NCBI GenBank assembly: GCA_964016885.1
Contig: OZ024744.1
Location: 76,818,001-76,882,000, forward strand
Length of the DNA: 64,000 bases
Direction: 5' to 3'
DNA from: Eledone cirrhosa
Taxonomy: Eukaryota
In this document: one piece after another, positions 11,200-24,502 of the stretch
How positions within the stretch are numbered: the first letter of the stretch is position 1
How the letters are laid out: each line of letters begins with the position of its first letter
Position numbers and translations under genes: made by a program
Notes under the pieces: generated by a model
Told to the model about the DNA's origin: nothing
The model's database searches: none
Seen by the model: the letters and a program-made list of their open reading frames with translations, nothing else

Positions 11200-11500
11200 C
11201 TTGAATCTCAGTCATTGATGTTGGTTAACTGGAAAGTCCGTTGGATTGAATATCAAGCCACTACCTCCAGCCTCAGTTATTCAGGACGTATCGGAGGGTT
11301 CTTGCTGTTCCCAGCAAGCATGCCTTTTGAAGCGTTCCAAAAAGCGTGAAGGGGCCGATTTTCTTTAACCATCCCTGGAAACTTTTGGAGATAGTCCCCA
11401 GTGCGCCTATGACAATCGGGATCACTTTGACTTCATGGCAGTTCCAAATCCTTTTTACCTCCCACTTTAAGTCCTGGTATCGTTTAATTTTCTCCCTTTT
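11199..11500 (-). mobile_element. R4/Dong-clade (restriction-like endonuclease) non-LTR retrotransposon, 5'-truncated 3' fragment
   Basis: Minus strand reads EKIKRYQDLKWEVKRIWNCHEVKVIPIVIGALG...LQKACLLGTARTLRYVLNN*, the typical R4/Dong C-terminus. Short 3'UTR; (TAA)n on both sides (11146-11198, 11500-11543). Confidence 0.85.
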
Positions 11501-11504
11501 TATT

Positions 11505-11535
<31 letters not shown>

Positions 11536-11819
11536 TTATTATTTTAAACTTAGGATATTTAGAACTGGTGGTTAGTTCTGGAAACAGAAAATTACAATTT
11601 GTGTGGAATGGAACAGTTTTTTGGGGGGAAGGGGGGGGGGGGGGGGGGGGGGGGGGCATGGCATCATTCCATATATTGCAAGATTAATAGCTAGTTAGTA
11701 AAGCCAAGGTGCCAATCATTTGTACTGTTTGTGCAAAGGTCAGCTGACATATTGCTACGACAATCTGTAGATGTCAGACCGTTAAGAACTGTGTTAAGAT
11801 CACTTTGGCCGACCTTTCA

Positions 11820-12020
11820 GTGTGTTTGTATGTGTGTGTGTCTTTGTGTGTGAGTGTGTCTCTGTGTGTGTGTGTCTCTGTGTATGTGAGCGTTTCTGTG
11901 CAGTGTGACTGTGTGTCTCTGTGTGTGTCTCTGTGTGTGTGTGTCTATGTGTGGTGTGTCTGTGTCTTTGTATGTGTGTGTGTCTGTGTGTTTGTGTGTG
12001 TTTGTGTGTGTGCGTGTGTG

Positions 12021-12052
<32 letters not shown>

Positions 12053-12290
12053 CAGTTTTTTCAACGTTTAGGGATTGATGTGTTTGATGCTGTATAAGTA
12101 GGTGTGTATGCACATGTTCATATAGATTCACACACATAGACACACATACACACATACCTACATACATGCAGGCACAAACATATACTCATATATATATGTA
12201 TTTATGCGTGTGTGTGGTTGTATGCATGTGTGTGGGTATATGCGTGCGTGTATATACATATATGTGTGTGTATGTATATATATATATATA
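11820..12290. repeat. (TG)n/(CA)n/(TA)n compound microsatellite
   Basis: Directly visible. Confidence 0.9.
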
Positions 12291-12405
12291 GTAATAAAAG
12301 GAATTCCAACTTTGTCTGATTTACTTGTTTTATTTACAATCCTTTAAAAATATAACCGTATTAGAATAAAATGGTATGGTAGAATATTAAATGTTAAGTG
12401 TTAAT

Positions 12406-12444
12406 TGAACAAGTACTTTCATGCTTTCGCAATCTTCAGGTTCA
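12406..12444 (-). ncRNA. Minimal type I hammerhead ribozyme
   Basis: Minus strand: ugaac CUGAAGA u ugc-GAAA-gca u GAAA guac UU guuca. Stem I ugaac/guuca, GNRA-capped stem II, palindromic stem III AGUACU. Confidence 0.8.
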
Positions 12445-12533
12445 CATTCTGTGGTGACAGTCAAGTTTGTAATTTTCAACTGTTGAAATTTTCGACAATT
12501 GAAAATTGCAAACTTGACTGTCACCACACATTA

Positions 12534-12572
12534 TGAACCTGAAGATTGCGAAATCATGAAAGTACTTATTCA
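12534..12572 (+). ncRNA. Minimal hammerhead ribozyme, mirror copy with two stem mutations
   Basis: tgaac CTGAAGA ttgcgaaatcat GAAA gtac TT attca. Confidence 0.65.
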
Positions 12573-12737
12573 ATTAACACTTAACATTTAATATTCTACC
12601 ATACTATTTCATTCTAATACCATTATAAATTTTAAAGGATTGTAAATAAAACAAGTAAATCAGACAAAGTTGGAATTCCTTTTATTAATATAATCTTCTA
12701 TACACAATCACACACACCCGTGTATATTTAACTCTCA

Positions 12738-12829
<92 letters not shown>

Positions 12830-13134
12830 GTATATACATATGTATAGACATATATATATACACACACACACACACACAGATATTTATATTTATATATGTG
12901 TGTATATATATATACATCTTCACATACACACATATATATATACTTACATATATATATGTATATCACGATAAATTATCGGAGCCATAGACTCTTGTTATTC
13001 CCTGTCAATAATGTGCTCAAATGAAAAGGAATCCTGAGCTCTTTAAATACAATATGTTGAAAAGGTAACACACTAGCGAGAGATAGTGCGCCATCAATAA
13101 TACAGGGAAAACCACCAGTGTATGGAATCTATAA

Positions 13135-13700
13135 CTATATAACACACGCGTCCGCCATCCTTGTAGAGTGCCTCTTGCTCCGGTCCTTGAAAGAGTTCGT
13201 GTGGTTATACATTCGCGACTTAAAGGTCGTAGATGTTGCTTCGATGTAGGTGCGCTTTATATTGTGCGTGCTAACCACACATTTATATACCAGGCCCTTC
13301 GTTAGGCATCTTCCCTGCAGGGGGCACTGTGTGCCCGCTCTGCAGTTGCCTGGCCCTTGATCTGCCACGGCCCTCTCCCGATTCTCTGGGTGATGTTCTG
13401 CCGACACGGTGGTCTCACCTCCGCCACTCATTACCGCCCGGCGTTGGGTTGTATCATCTTCCGCAGGCGTGGCGGCCGCCGCACGGGCCGGGTAGCTGTA
13501 GTTGGAGGACCGGTCTGCGAGGGGGCCCTTCGGGCTCCGATGGATGGTCATTAAGCCGCCGCTGTTGCCGGTCGAGGTTCCCCATCTTCGCCTCGTTGGT
13601 TTTGGCCATGTAGTCGGCCATGTTAGGTGCGGTGGAGAAGGAAAACTTCACCGTATTGTCGGTTCTGTTGTTAGTCTCGTTGCTGCTATGTGGTGATGTT
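13135..13700 (-). mobile_element. Penelope-like element remnant: linker and GIY-YIG endonuclease
   Basis: TVKFSFSTAPNM (cf. PLE TVKxSYSCMPNM), then NCRAGTQCPLQGRCLTKGLVYKCVV...YIEATSTTFKSRMYNHTNSF. Confidence 0.8.
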
Positions 13701-14776
13701 GTCGGGGCTATATCATTGCTACAGGGCCGGATGTTCCCTCTACCGGATTTCACGACCGTACCTGTCCTTACCATGTCCCTAGTTCTAGTTTCCGCGACGC
13801 ATGTGGTGTGCGTGCCGGGCTTCTGTCTACGTGTACTAGGTGGTCTGTCGCCCGTGTGTGTCTTCGTCTGTCTTATTTTCGGTCTTGCGTCCATGTGGTG
13901 ATCTATTCTGCTACCTGGAATCTAGTTCCGGGTCTTTCCGTCTACTTATGGAAGTGTTATTGCTATTGTCGTATCCGCATGCCTCGGACTATGGTTTCTG
14001 TGTAACCAGCCCTGTGCAGTGCCTACGCGCGAGTGTTTATCTGTGCGGGTATATATGGGTACGTGTGTATATGTGTGTGTGCGTGGGTGGAGGAGGGGTC
14101 TACGTACATGACTGTACGTGTTTGTGTGTACCTGTAGACATACGTGTATGTATGTGTATGAGCGTGTGTGTGTGCGTGTTTATGTATATAGGCCTGTGCG
14201 CAAGTGTCTATGTATATACGTGCCTCTCTGGATGAATGTACGCGTATGTTTATATGTTTATATGTTTATATGTTCTCCTTAATGTGTGGGTATAGCGGGA
14301 GCCTATGCGTACGACTGTCGGTATTTATGTGGTTGTGTGTGTGTATGTGAGTGTGCGCGTGGATGTGTGGACTACCAAACACAGCAGTAATTCATTGAAG
14401 TGTAGCAGACATGAGATAGCGGAATAAAACCTGTGGTCAGAATGTATGATGACGTAGGCAACCAGCGGCCAATCACTGGACGCCCGAAGAGGATGAAGTT
14501 TTTGACAGTACTGGCCCAGAGGGTCAGATACCCCAGTGGAAGAATATGCTCCGAAATCATTAGGCGTGTCCGTCGAACCTGCGGGTCCAGAATCAGACAG
14601 ATCCACACAATGATCACGTCTCGAGCTGTCCACCAGTGAAACAATTGTAACACACAATAAATTGAGTTCAGATGCATCACTGATTTTCCGTTTTATATTA
14701 TATCATACTCTGCTCTGTAAGAGCATAGAGTGCTCAACCGGCATACCGCCTATGGAAGCATCTTAGCTACCATCCG

Positions 14777-14897
<121 letters not shown>

Positions 14898-15354
14898 CAC
14901 ATACATATATATATATTTACATATATACATACAGTGCATGAGTGCTGAGCCAAGGACAAAAAATATAAAAATATATACAAAGGAGAGAATCAGTAAAAGA
15001 GAAGAGAATAATAAAGCCTGCAGTCCAAATTGTGGACAAAGAAGAATGACCCTGAGGCATAGAAAAGGTCCTTTCTCCCCATCACTTTGCCCCTGTGTCT
15101 CTGTCTGTTTTGTTGTGTCCCAGTATGCACGGGAATTGATGGTGTCAATCTTGATACACCAGGACCTTGGTGGTTTCTGGAGGTTGGCTGCAGAGATGAG
15201 ATTGTTTGTCTATCCGTTTTTTTTTTTTCATTGTCTTTGTTCTATGCAGCCCTTATTTGAGCCGGACGTTTCTGTAAGGATTGTCTAATTTGCTGAAACC
15301 TTTGGTAATGGAATAATGATATTGTGTTGTTTCTTATGCAATAAATCTGTATAT

Positions 15355-15505
15355 ATCATCGTCATCTTATATCCGATTTTCCCTGCTTGCAAGAGTGGGA
15401 CGGGCCCTATTCAGCACAGCATCTCTACATTTGTCACGGTCCTTCGTCATCTCCTCCGTGAGCTTCAGCGATCTAAGGTCAACTCTCACCACCTCCGCCC
15501 ATGAT
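15355..15505 (-). mobile_element. RTE-clade LINE 3' fragment
   Basis: Homologous to 32305-32490; remnant (GAT)n tail. Confidence 0.7.
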
Positions 15506-16547
15506 TCAATGATTTTCGCAGTCTTCCTCTACGCGGTCTTCCTTCTACTGGGATTTCTTGGCACTTCTTTACACAGCGGTCATCCTCCATGCGCATCATA
15601 TGTCCATACCAACGCATATGTATATATGTATATAATTCTATAAGTTACTAAAACAACAGTATGGCATTCAGATATTTATTTAAAGCTCAAATGTTGTTTA
15701 TTTTATATCCAGAATAACTAGAGATATTTCAGTGGTAAATCCAGTTGGTATACTTCTGGTCATCTTAGATTTAAATCACAGAACATATATTAACAAAGAA
15801 ATAAGTCACCAAGTTCAAGAGTTAATACATTAATTATTTGATCTTCATTCTCTTAGGATATTCCTCACAATATCCTTATAAAGAAATCGTCCGGATAAAT
15901 AATGAATATAATATATTAAGGACCAATCGAATCTTCAAATGCATGCTCCAACCGTAATTTGTAAGCAAAATTTGTCTAAGGTTATGTAAGGTTAGACAAA
16001 TCTAACCAACCTTTATATATTTATATATATGAATATATGAGGGATGAACACTGATACAATTATACATGTGTTCGAATTGCAAATGACCAAGTTAGCTAGG
16101 TTGAAAAATACTAATTTAAAATAATATGGTTTGCCTGTCTCAATTTAAAATAATAAATCAATAAAAATAACAAACGTATATTGGCAATGGCCGTGATACC
16201 CGGACAAATTCTAAATTTGTTTCGCAATAATTATTAAGTGAAAGTCACTATTCCTGTGCTCTTCTGCGGGTATCCAGGAAACTTCGTATCAATCACTTCA
16301 AAATACTTAAGAAGACTGAGAAATATGTGTTGAAACGCACATGTGTCACAGGGCCTAACTCGTCTCATACTCGTGCCGCTAAAAATAGCAGCCGGTTTTA
16401 TGGGACTAAAATTAGCTCTACGTATGGAGCCGAGAATATTATATATTGAGTTACAAACTCGAAATAGTCTTTTACAATTAAAATTTAACTTTTACAATTT
16501 ACAATTTAATTGTAAAAGACTATTTCGAGTTTATAACTCAATATATG

Positions 16548-16757
<210 letters not shown>

Positions 16758-16762
<5 letters not shown>

Positions 16763-17150
16763 ACAATCGGAGGGTAACCACAGTAAGCTACTAAATACAT
16801 AACAGAGTATAAATATTTAATATAGATATGGCTTCTACAAGACTAGAGCTGTTTCATTCGAAGGGAATCATCAGCAAAGCCAACTGTCAATGTGATATGG
16901 TGGTATTTATACATTTTCTGTTGGTAGGGGAAGGTGGTGATTGGCATGAGTGAAGGTCATTGGCTGATGGATTTAAAGAATGGGGATTCTTTGAAAAACA
17001 CTATATTTAGAGAAAAATACATAGTGATACAGAATGATACCAATGCAGGCACTCCTAATATTCAAAGTTCATTTATTCTAAGCAGGCAATGATTTCTTTC
17101 AAAAAATGAATCAGTTCTAGTCCTGTAGAGGCCATTCCTATATCATATAT
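16758..17150. mobile_element. PLE pseudo-LTR-like repeat with a hammerhead motif and a degenerate inverted arm
   Basis: Minus 16841-16880 reads CUGAUGA uucccuucgaau GAAA cagc UC. Inverted degenerate copy at ~17085-17143. The reverse complement of 16758-16880 recurs at 22210-22340. Confidence 0.7.
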
Positions 17151-17154
17151 GTAG

Positions 17155-17207
<53 letters not shown>

Positions 17208-17230
17208 GATGGACACAGGGACATAAATAT

Positions 17231-17305
<75 letters not shown>

Positions 17306-17374
17306 TGCGTGTATGAAAGTATGTATGCATCTATTCCCATCTGTCTGGATGTGTGTGTGTGTATGATAGACAGA

Positions 17375-17422
<48 letters not shown>

Positions 17423-17469
17423 AAGAGAAAGTGGTCAGAAGTGATATGGAGATAGATTAATATTCTCCA

Positions 17470-17655
17470 AGTACCAGTCGCTCTCCAACAGGTTCGTGGT
17501 CGTGTCCTTGGCCCTGGGGCTACCCCCCTACTCATCACCATAGGAGCTGAGCTGGCCAGCCACAGGTGTGAGAGCCTCGTGAGCTAGAATGGCTCTTCCA
17601 GCACATCTCCTTTACCATCCCCTGCGGAAACACCTTCTCCATTCTGTCCGCCGGG
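17470..17655 (+). mobile_element. CRE-type LINE endonuclease-end fragment
   Basis: Aligns by eye to 30816-31020. Confidence 0.8.
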
Positions 17656-18623
17656 GCTATGAGGAGGCGGCACATGAGCCAGCACACGGAAGGATCCCAT
17701 TTGCTCACCATACAGAGAGATGATGGGGAGGGTGAGAGAGATGGAGGCGATGGCAGTGGGGGTTTGGCTCTTCCACGTTCGGACCATATCCTTGTGGTTG
17801 TGTTCTTTAAGCAGTTCATTTGTCAGTTGAAAAGTATAATTACATATTTGACTACAGATATACATGCATATAGAATGAAATACAAGTTCAGGTGGGGGTG
17901 GCGAAGAGGGGAATTGTAAGCTAGAGACAAATTCAAGGGAATTTGCCAAAGTAGGGATGTAAAAGAAATTCTATTTTTGGAATATGGTTTTAGAGAGTGT
18001 GAGTGTGTGCGTGTGAGAGTGTATATGTAGACATACACACACGTGTGTGTGAGGAGGGGGGGGCTCCAGTCTCTAGCTTACAATTCCCATCTTCGCCACC
18101 CCCATCTGAACTCTTGACCAGTCCATGAGAACACAATTGAGATACACACACATATTTACTGAATATCTCCTTCTCCCTAAAAACAATTTTGTTCTGTGTG
18201 AAAAACACAACTACCATTGCTGCTGCTACTAACACCTCTCTCTCTCTATACACAAGAGTTCAATTTTCCAGTCTCCTCCTCAACGAGGAAGATGAAAAAT
18301 ACTTGCCTCAACACTTAATTTTAAATCTTTAATTTTTAGTTTTTAATTCTTATTAATTCCTTTTAATTGTAATACTCAACATTTGATAAGATGAATTTTA
18401 CTAATACATTGAAACCGGTAATACTTTATATACTTTATATACTTTATATACTTTATATACTTTATAAAACTCTTTTTTAAAAGAATTGTCCGTCTCAATT
18501 TTTCAATAATGCCACTTTGACAAATCAAAGAAAGGGAAAAAAAAGTAAAAAAACACCCTTAAATATATTTTCCGTGCTATTTCCAATTTCACCTTTCTCT
18601 CTCTCTCTCTATATATATATATA

Positions 18624-18864
18624 CTAGCTGACCCGTCCGGGTGGCGCCCGGCTAGGTATACCTGCCCCCAACACTCCACTGCAAAGATACCACACACCCT
18701 CCCGTGTCACATTGTCCTTCCGACGCTCTCTCTCTCTCTGAATAACTAACACTTTAATTGTATCTCTCTCTGTCTAACAGCCTATCTCTCTATTTTCCCC
18801 TCCCTCTGTTTTTCTGTCTCTCTCTGTAGATGTGTGTGTGTAGTTTTCCTAATCTTTCTCTAAA

Positions 18865-18933
<69 letters not shown>

Positions 18934-18966
18934 CGCTCTCTCTATCTCTCTCTCTCTCTCTCTCCC

Positions 18967-19059
<93 letters not shown>

Positions 19060-19836
19060 ATTTATATGTGTGTGCGTGTGTAGTTTTCCTAATCTCTCTC
19101 TTTCACTCTCTGTCTCTCTAAGAGGGTTGCCTTTTGATGTATGTTTTACCTGCTTGTGTGTTGACCGAATTTGAAGGAGGTTATCCTTTTGAAATAAACA
19201 TACATACGACGCTCATCTCTATGTTGATATATAATATAAATAATGGGATTGATGAGTTAATATCTGTATACAACAACTACAACGGTACGCAATGGGGCCC
19301 ACCCACAGCCCTGGCGGACAGAATGGAGAAGGCATTTCCCCGGAGGACGGCAAGGGAAAAGCCACTCCAACTCTCGGGGCTCACACCTGCGGCTGGCCAG
19401 GTCAGCGCCTATGGTGGTGAGTAAGGGGGTAGACCTGGGGCCGAGGACACCAGAAGAGCGACCGGTATTTGAGGAGTTTAGCCCCCTCAGTTCGACGTGC
19501 AGCAGAACCTGGGTATATATTGATGTATTGAAGGTAGATACGGAAAGTAAAAGAGTGTTGTCATATAGAGAGTGAAGAGCGACAGAGAGTAAAGCAGTTA
19601 AATTATAGAGAGGGTGAAAGAGGGAGAGAGAGAGAGAGAGACGACGCTCAGCTTCATAATATTAGACAGTGAAGAGCGACAGAGAGAGTAAAGTAGTTAA
19701 ATTATACAGAGGGGCAATGATCTATTATAGAGAGAGGGAAGAGCGACGGAGATAGTAAAGCTAAGAAACTTAAGAGAGGTGTGTAGGATACATACATACA
19801 TAATACGCACGACACTCAGCTTTATAATATTATAGA
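18624..19836 (-). mobile_element. Non-autonomous Helitron-like element with internal (CT)n and a CRE fragment
   Basis: On the minus strand: 5' A^TC(tataatattataaag) at 19836, subterminal hairpin ccgggtggcgcccgg (18637-18651), 3' CTAG^T at 18624-18627. Additional 5'-end-like motifs at ~19215 and ~19645. Confidence 0.6.
19305..19515 (-). mobile_element. CRE-type LINE endonuclease-end fragment
   Basis: Reverse complement aligns to 30770-31020 with short deletions. Confidence 0.8.
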
Positions 19837-20011
19837 TATAAATATATGTATAAGAATATATATATATATTATATATATATATATATTATATATATATATA
19901 TATATATGAGTACATATATATGTATATATATATACATACATATAAGAGTATATATTATATATGTATATATATACTCACACACACCCACACATATATATAT
20001 ATATATATATA

Positions 20012-20050
<39 letters not shown>

Positions 20051-20668
20051 ATGTACTCATTTATTTTATTTTACTTGTTAACTATTTATAGTGTATAGTA
20101 ACTCAGATAAAAAAATTAAACTGTCCTGTGTGATATGTGTAACATTACATGCTCTGATAGCATGGATGAATCAATGAACTATAAGCCACTAATAGTACAC
20201 TACACACTGCTTTGGGGATAATGTGAAATGTAGACAGATAATTTTATAATGGTTTCTACTATAGGCACAAGGCCAACAATTTTGGGAGGAGGGGAAATTT
20301 GGGGAGCGAATCACAGTCCCACCACCTGATTTCTCACAAAGGGACAGCCTGTCCTACCAATGCTAGCATGGAAGATGGACGTTACATAATGATGATATAT
20401 ATTCAAAATAGGGTGTGCATAGGACAAAGACAGATGAATTGCTGTCCTTCCGATTTTACGGAGGAGGTCAGCTGTACAGAGTCCAAGGATGTCTGAGATG
20501 TCGATGGCGACTGGTGCAGAGCGGAAGTGACCAAACAAGCCCTGGTATTTGCTTGACATCCTGCCCTCTACGTTGAAATGTTAAGTATGCTATTTTAATC
20601 AGCATTCATTGTCAACAGTTATGTTATGCAAATTAGATATTCCAGATTAGTTTTATCTCAGTTTGTAT

Positions 20669-21060
20669 TTACTGACCTCTGGCGTCACACAGTAATACAG
20701 AAGCCCCGACCCTCCACGGGTACAAGCCGAAGCTGAAGCATATAAACAATATGCCCCAACCCCCTCCTACTGCAAAGTGGTCGTGAAGGTGCCACGGCAA
20801 AGAAAGCACCCAGCCCACTCTGTAAAGTAAACGTGTAGGCGCCACGGAAAAAAGGCACCCAGCTATCACTGTAAATGAGGTTGGTGTTAGGAAGGGCATC
20901 CAGCTGTAGAAATCAAGCCAGAATCAATTCCCGTATGAGCAAGACATGGTCAGCCGACCGGCCACTGCCCACAACAGGACAACCCATCTAACCCATGCTA
21001 GCGTGGAAGAATGGACGTAAAACGGTGATGATTATGATGATGATGATGATGATGATGATG
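20669..21060 (+). mobile_element. 5'-truncated copy of the RTE 3' end with (GAT)n tail
   Basis: Nearly colinear with 35785-36160. Confidence 0.85.
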
Positions 21061-21460
21061 TAAGGTTGTTGTGCCGGAAACATGATAAAAAAACATCGAG
21101 TCCACCTTGTAAAGGTGGTTGTGCTGCTAACACAACAAAAGGTAACCAGTCCATCTTGTAAGGTGGTCGTGCTGGTGTCAAACAAAATGTGCTCTGTCTA
21201 CCCTGTAATGGTGATTGTGATGGTGCCATGATAAAAAAAAATACCCAGTCCACCCTGTTAGATGGTCGTTTTGGTGCCACGATAAAGTGTATCCAGTCCA
21301 CACTATAAAGTGGTTGGCATTACGAAGGTCAAACCAAGCCCCAAACAGGTCTGTATAAACAAGATATGGTCACCTGACCTGACTTGTCTCATAACATGAC
21401 AACCAATCGAACCCATGCAAGCGTAAAAATAGATGTTAAACAGTGGTGGTGATGATGATG
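21061..21460 (+). mobile_element. Second, more diverged RTE-tail/SINE 3' segment with internal ~40-45-bp repeats
   Basis: Repeated ggtgcca(c/t)gataaaa...ccagtccac..tgtaa units, then ggttggcattacgaagg...aacccatgcaagcg...gatgatg. Confidence 0.6.
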
Positions 21461-21688
21461 AGGGTGATGGTGATGGTGGTAATGCTGGTGGTGGTGTAAT
21501 GCTGGTGGTGGTGATGGTGGTAATGCTTGTGGTGGTGGTGGTAGTGGTGGTGAAGATGAAGAGGGGGAGGGGGAAGAAGAGGAGGGGATATTGGTCATTA
21601 ATCTTTCTGTGGACAGAATAAGGACATTTTTTTTTGGTCTGATAAAGGTGTTACAAAACTAGGAACTTGTTAGATTCATTGATATTTC

Positions 21689-21855
21689 TCTCCATATATA
21701 CTGCATGTATTTAATTTAAAATAGGTACACTGATCCCTGTGTGTTGTAAGAAGGGACTAAAAGGATTGGTTCTCCCCATATATACGGCATCTATTTAATT
21801 TAAAATAGGTACACTGATCCCTGTGTGTTGTAAGAGGGGACTAAAAGGATTGGTG
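21689..21855. repeat. Tandem duplication, ~82-bp unit x2
   Basis: ccatatatac.gcat.tatttaatttaaaataggtacactgatccctgtgtgttgtaaga.gggactaaaaggattggt occurs twice. Confidence 0.9.
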
Positions 21856-22338
21856 TCAGGTGAGGCATCTATTCATAAAACATCGCTTCATTATAAAGCT
21901 TGTAATGGTTAACCCTTATTTTAGCAGAGAAAAGAGTTTTTAAACATTTGCTGCTGTGATTCAACCTGTGGTGTTCTCACTTTACTTCATTTTTAAAGTA
22001 GGGTTAACTTTTGTGCTTATAAAAATGGTATATCTTACATTTCAACTGATCCACAATAAACTGGTGCCACAATAAAACTAATGCTGGTGCCATGATAAAA
22101 CGAACCCAGTACATTCTGTATGGTGGTTGGTGTTGCCATATATATTATACACACATTCATGTGTACATCACTATTTCAGAGCACCAATCCTAATATATAT
22201 CATCAGGAAAGCTTTCCTGGTGATTTCCTTCGAATGAAACAGTTCTAGTCCTGTAGAAGCCATTTTTATATTAAATACTTATACTCTGCTATGTATTGAG
22301 TACCTTACTTACTGTGGTTATCCCCGATTGAACCCGGG

Positions 22339-22370
<32 letters not shown>

Positions 22371-22414
22371 GATTAAATCTCAACCATTTAACATCTCAGA
22401 GTATGTCATGTATC

Positions 22415-22470
22415 ATTATATTAGGTCTGATGAGGACGTACTGTTGTACATCCGAAATATGTATAATAAA
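22415..22470 (+). ncRNA. Hammerhead-like motif in a PLE pseudo-LTR-like repeat between (TA)n tracts
   Basis: CTGATGA gga-c-gtac tgtt gtac-a-tcc GAAA tatgTA. Core and stem II are clear; stem I is imperfect. Confidence 0.6.
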
Positions 22471-22761
22471 ATGTAATTGATCAAAAGAATATCTATTTTA
22501 TTAATATTTATATTTTAATATTAATAACTCCGGAAAATTATTTTGCCGTAGAGTGCTTCCAATCTACTGTAAAACTCATTCTTTGACATAATCATTGAAT
22601 ATCGTTTAACACTTTAATATATATATATATATATATATATTAATATAACGAAGGAAGTGTGGTAAGGAACCAGATGGACCATAACGCACCAGAAATAGCT
22701 GTCGAAACGGCTTGATCTCTGCCGTCGGGGTTCAACATTTTCCTATATATATTTTTTTCCT

Positions 22762-22819
<58 letters not shown>

Positions 22820-23092
22820 TGGTCTACCAATTCGTATGGTATGTCTATTCTTATATCTACCCTGTTTATATACTACCAATAAAGATTCTAACTTCATTGT
22901 TTCCAAAGAAAACAGTATGATCGAACCCATATATTATGTCTGATAGTATACAGTTGTCTAACTACTATAGATCAGTCAATATATCAATATGATTAACCCT
23001 CCGAAACGATCGTAAAACAATAAATGAAATATGTAAAATAACTTTCCTTTGTTATTATTATCATTGTTAAACTAATATCTAATATACATATA

Positions 23093-23370
23093 TGGAGGCA
23101 CATGGTCTAGTGGTAAGGGTGTGGGACTTACGATCATAATGTCGTGGGTTCGATTCCTGGGCTGCGTGTTGTGTTCTTGAACAAAACACTTCATTTCACG
23201 TTGCTCCAGCATAATCAACGGAAAATGAGTACCAGCAATAGCTGGGGGTTTAACCCAGCGATGGACTGGTGCCCTATCCAGGGAGGAGTCATGTACTCTC
23301 AGTGGCTTCATGCCATGAAACCGGGATAAGCACCGGCCAATTGAGTCTTCTGGCTGAAGACAGACATTAG
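23093..23370 (+). mobile_element. tRNA-derived SINE (family 1)
   Basis: A box tggtctagtgg and B box gttcgattcc; body with cgatggactggtgccctatccaggg and gcttcatgccatgaaaccggga. Paralog at 50621-50900, partial copy at 48980-49050. Confidence 0.85.
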
Positions 23371-23389
23371 AATTTATATATACACACAC

Positions 23390-23480
<91 letters not shown>

Positions 23481-23584
23481 ATATAACGAAGGAGGTGTGG
23501 TAAGGAACCAGATGGACCATAACGCACCAGAGTACTCAATACTTAGGATAGTAGAGTGGGTAATAGGAAAATGTTTAACATTTT

Positions 23585-23650
<66 letters not shown>

Positions 23651-23707
23651 AAAATGTTAAACACATGTAGGTGTATTCAGACACTTCTAATATGTGTGTA
23701 ATTGTAA

Positions 23708-24005
23708 CCATCATCATCATTATCATGGCTTGGCTTTGCAAATGAAGATTATGAAGGGGATGGTCCATGTTAACTGCAAACATTCTCATGACTATTCAGG
23801 CGAATGCAGGACAGGCAGGTACGTCTGTAGCAGCTTCAGGTAAATGTCTTGTCAGGGTTTCATTGGCTTGGTGTTTTGGTTCTTTCTCTTGTGTCTTTTG
23901 TCCTCAAGAGTGGCCCTGCAGGTGTTATCGAAGGAGGAGACAGCATGGTTAATGCTGATGGTGAGATGCTAGGCGTCATAGTTATCAGCTAGGGTGGACC
24001 ATAGG
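23708..24005 (-). mobile_element. RTE (BovB-like) LINE 3' fragment with (GAT)n tail
   Basis: Minus strand reads ...HAVSSFDNTCRATLEDKRHKRK...TFT*SCYRRTCLSCIRLNSH..., a degenerate terminal C2H2-like motif, followed by gccaagccatgataatgatgatg. Confidence 0.65.
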
Positions 24006-24119
24006 TGATGTTTTAAATAACAACGTCTTTTTTAATTATTCCTGCTGAAAAACAAAGATAATTTATGTGGTGAGGTTGTTCACATTTATTCAGTTATTAT
24101 GCTATGTGGGGGATGTTAA

Positions 24120-24435
24120 TATGCATCAACGGCAAAGCATGGATGATCTGAGAGAAAAACTGGGTATAAGAAGAATTAAATGTAGTGTGAAAAGGAGAAT
24201 TTCTGTGCTGGTATGACCATGTGAGTGGAAGGATGCTGCAGTAGAGGAAAACAATGAAGGTCTTGGGCAGAAGTAGAGAGATTTACTCCAAAATGCTCAA
24301 CCTTACATAAGAGATGACAACGGAATGCAGCTAGTGAAGGGAAGCTGTATTAGAGAGGACCTGTCAAACCCATGCAAGCATGGAAAAATGGACATAATGG
24401 TATGATGATGATGTTGACGATGATGGGGATGATGG

Positions 24436-24500
<65 letters not shown>
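24120..24500 (+). mobile_element. Degraded RTE 3' end with a long (GAT)n tail
   Basis: Similar to 35540-35790; aacccatgcaagcatggaaaaatggac followed by (GAT)n at 24403-24500. Confidence 0.7.

Positions 24501-24502
<2 letters not shown>

Larger units (their letters stand above)
12292..12687. mobile_element. ~396-bp near-perfect palindromic (fold-back) element, probably derived from a Penelope pseudo-LTR
   Basis: taataaaaggaattccaactttgtctgattt... is mirrored by ...aaatcagacaaagttggaattccttttatta with the centre at ~12489. One hammerhead motif per arm; abuts (TA)n. Confidence 0.85.

Noticed and set aside
11622-11657. Poly-G run as a functional G-quadruplex
   Set aside because: A homopolymer with no supporting context; its length may be an assembly artefact.
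23093-23165. tRNA gene
   Set aside because: A and B boxes are present but continue into a SINE body with paralogs, and there is no full cloverleaf. The same applies to the other SINE heads.
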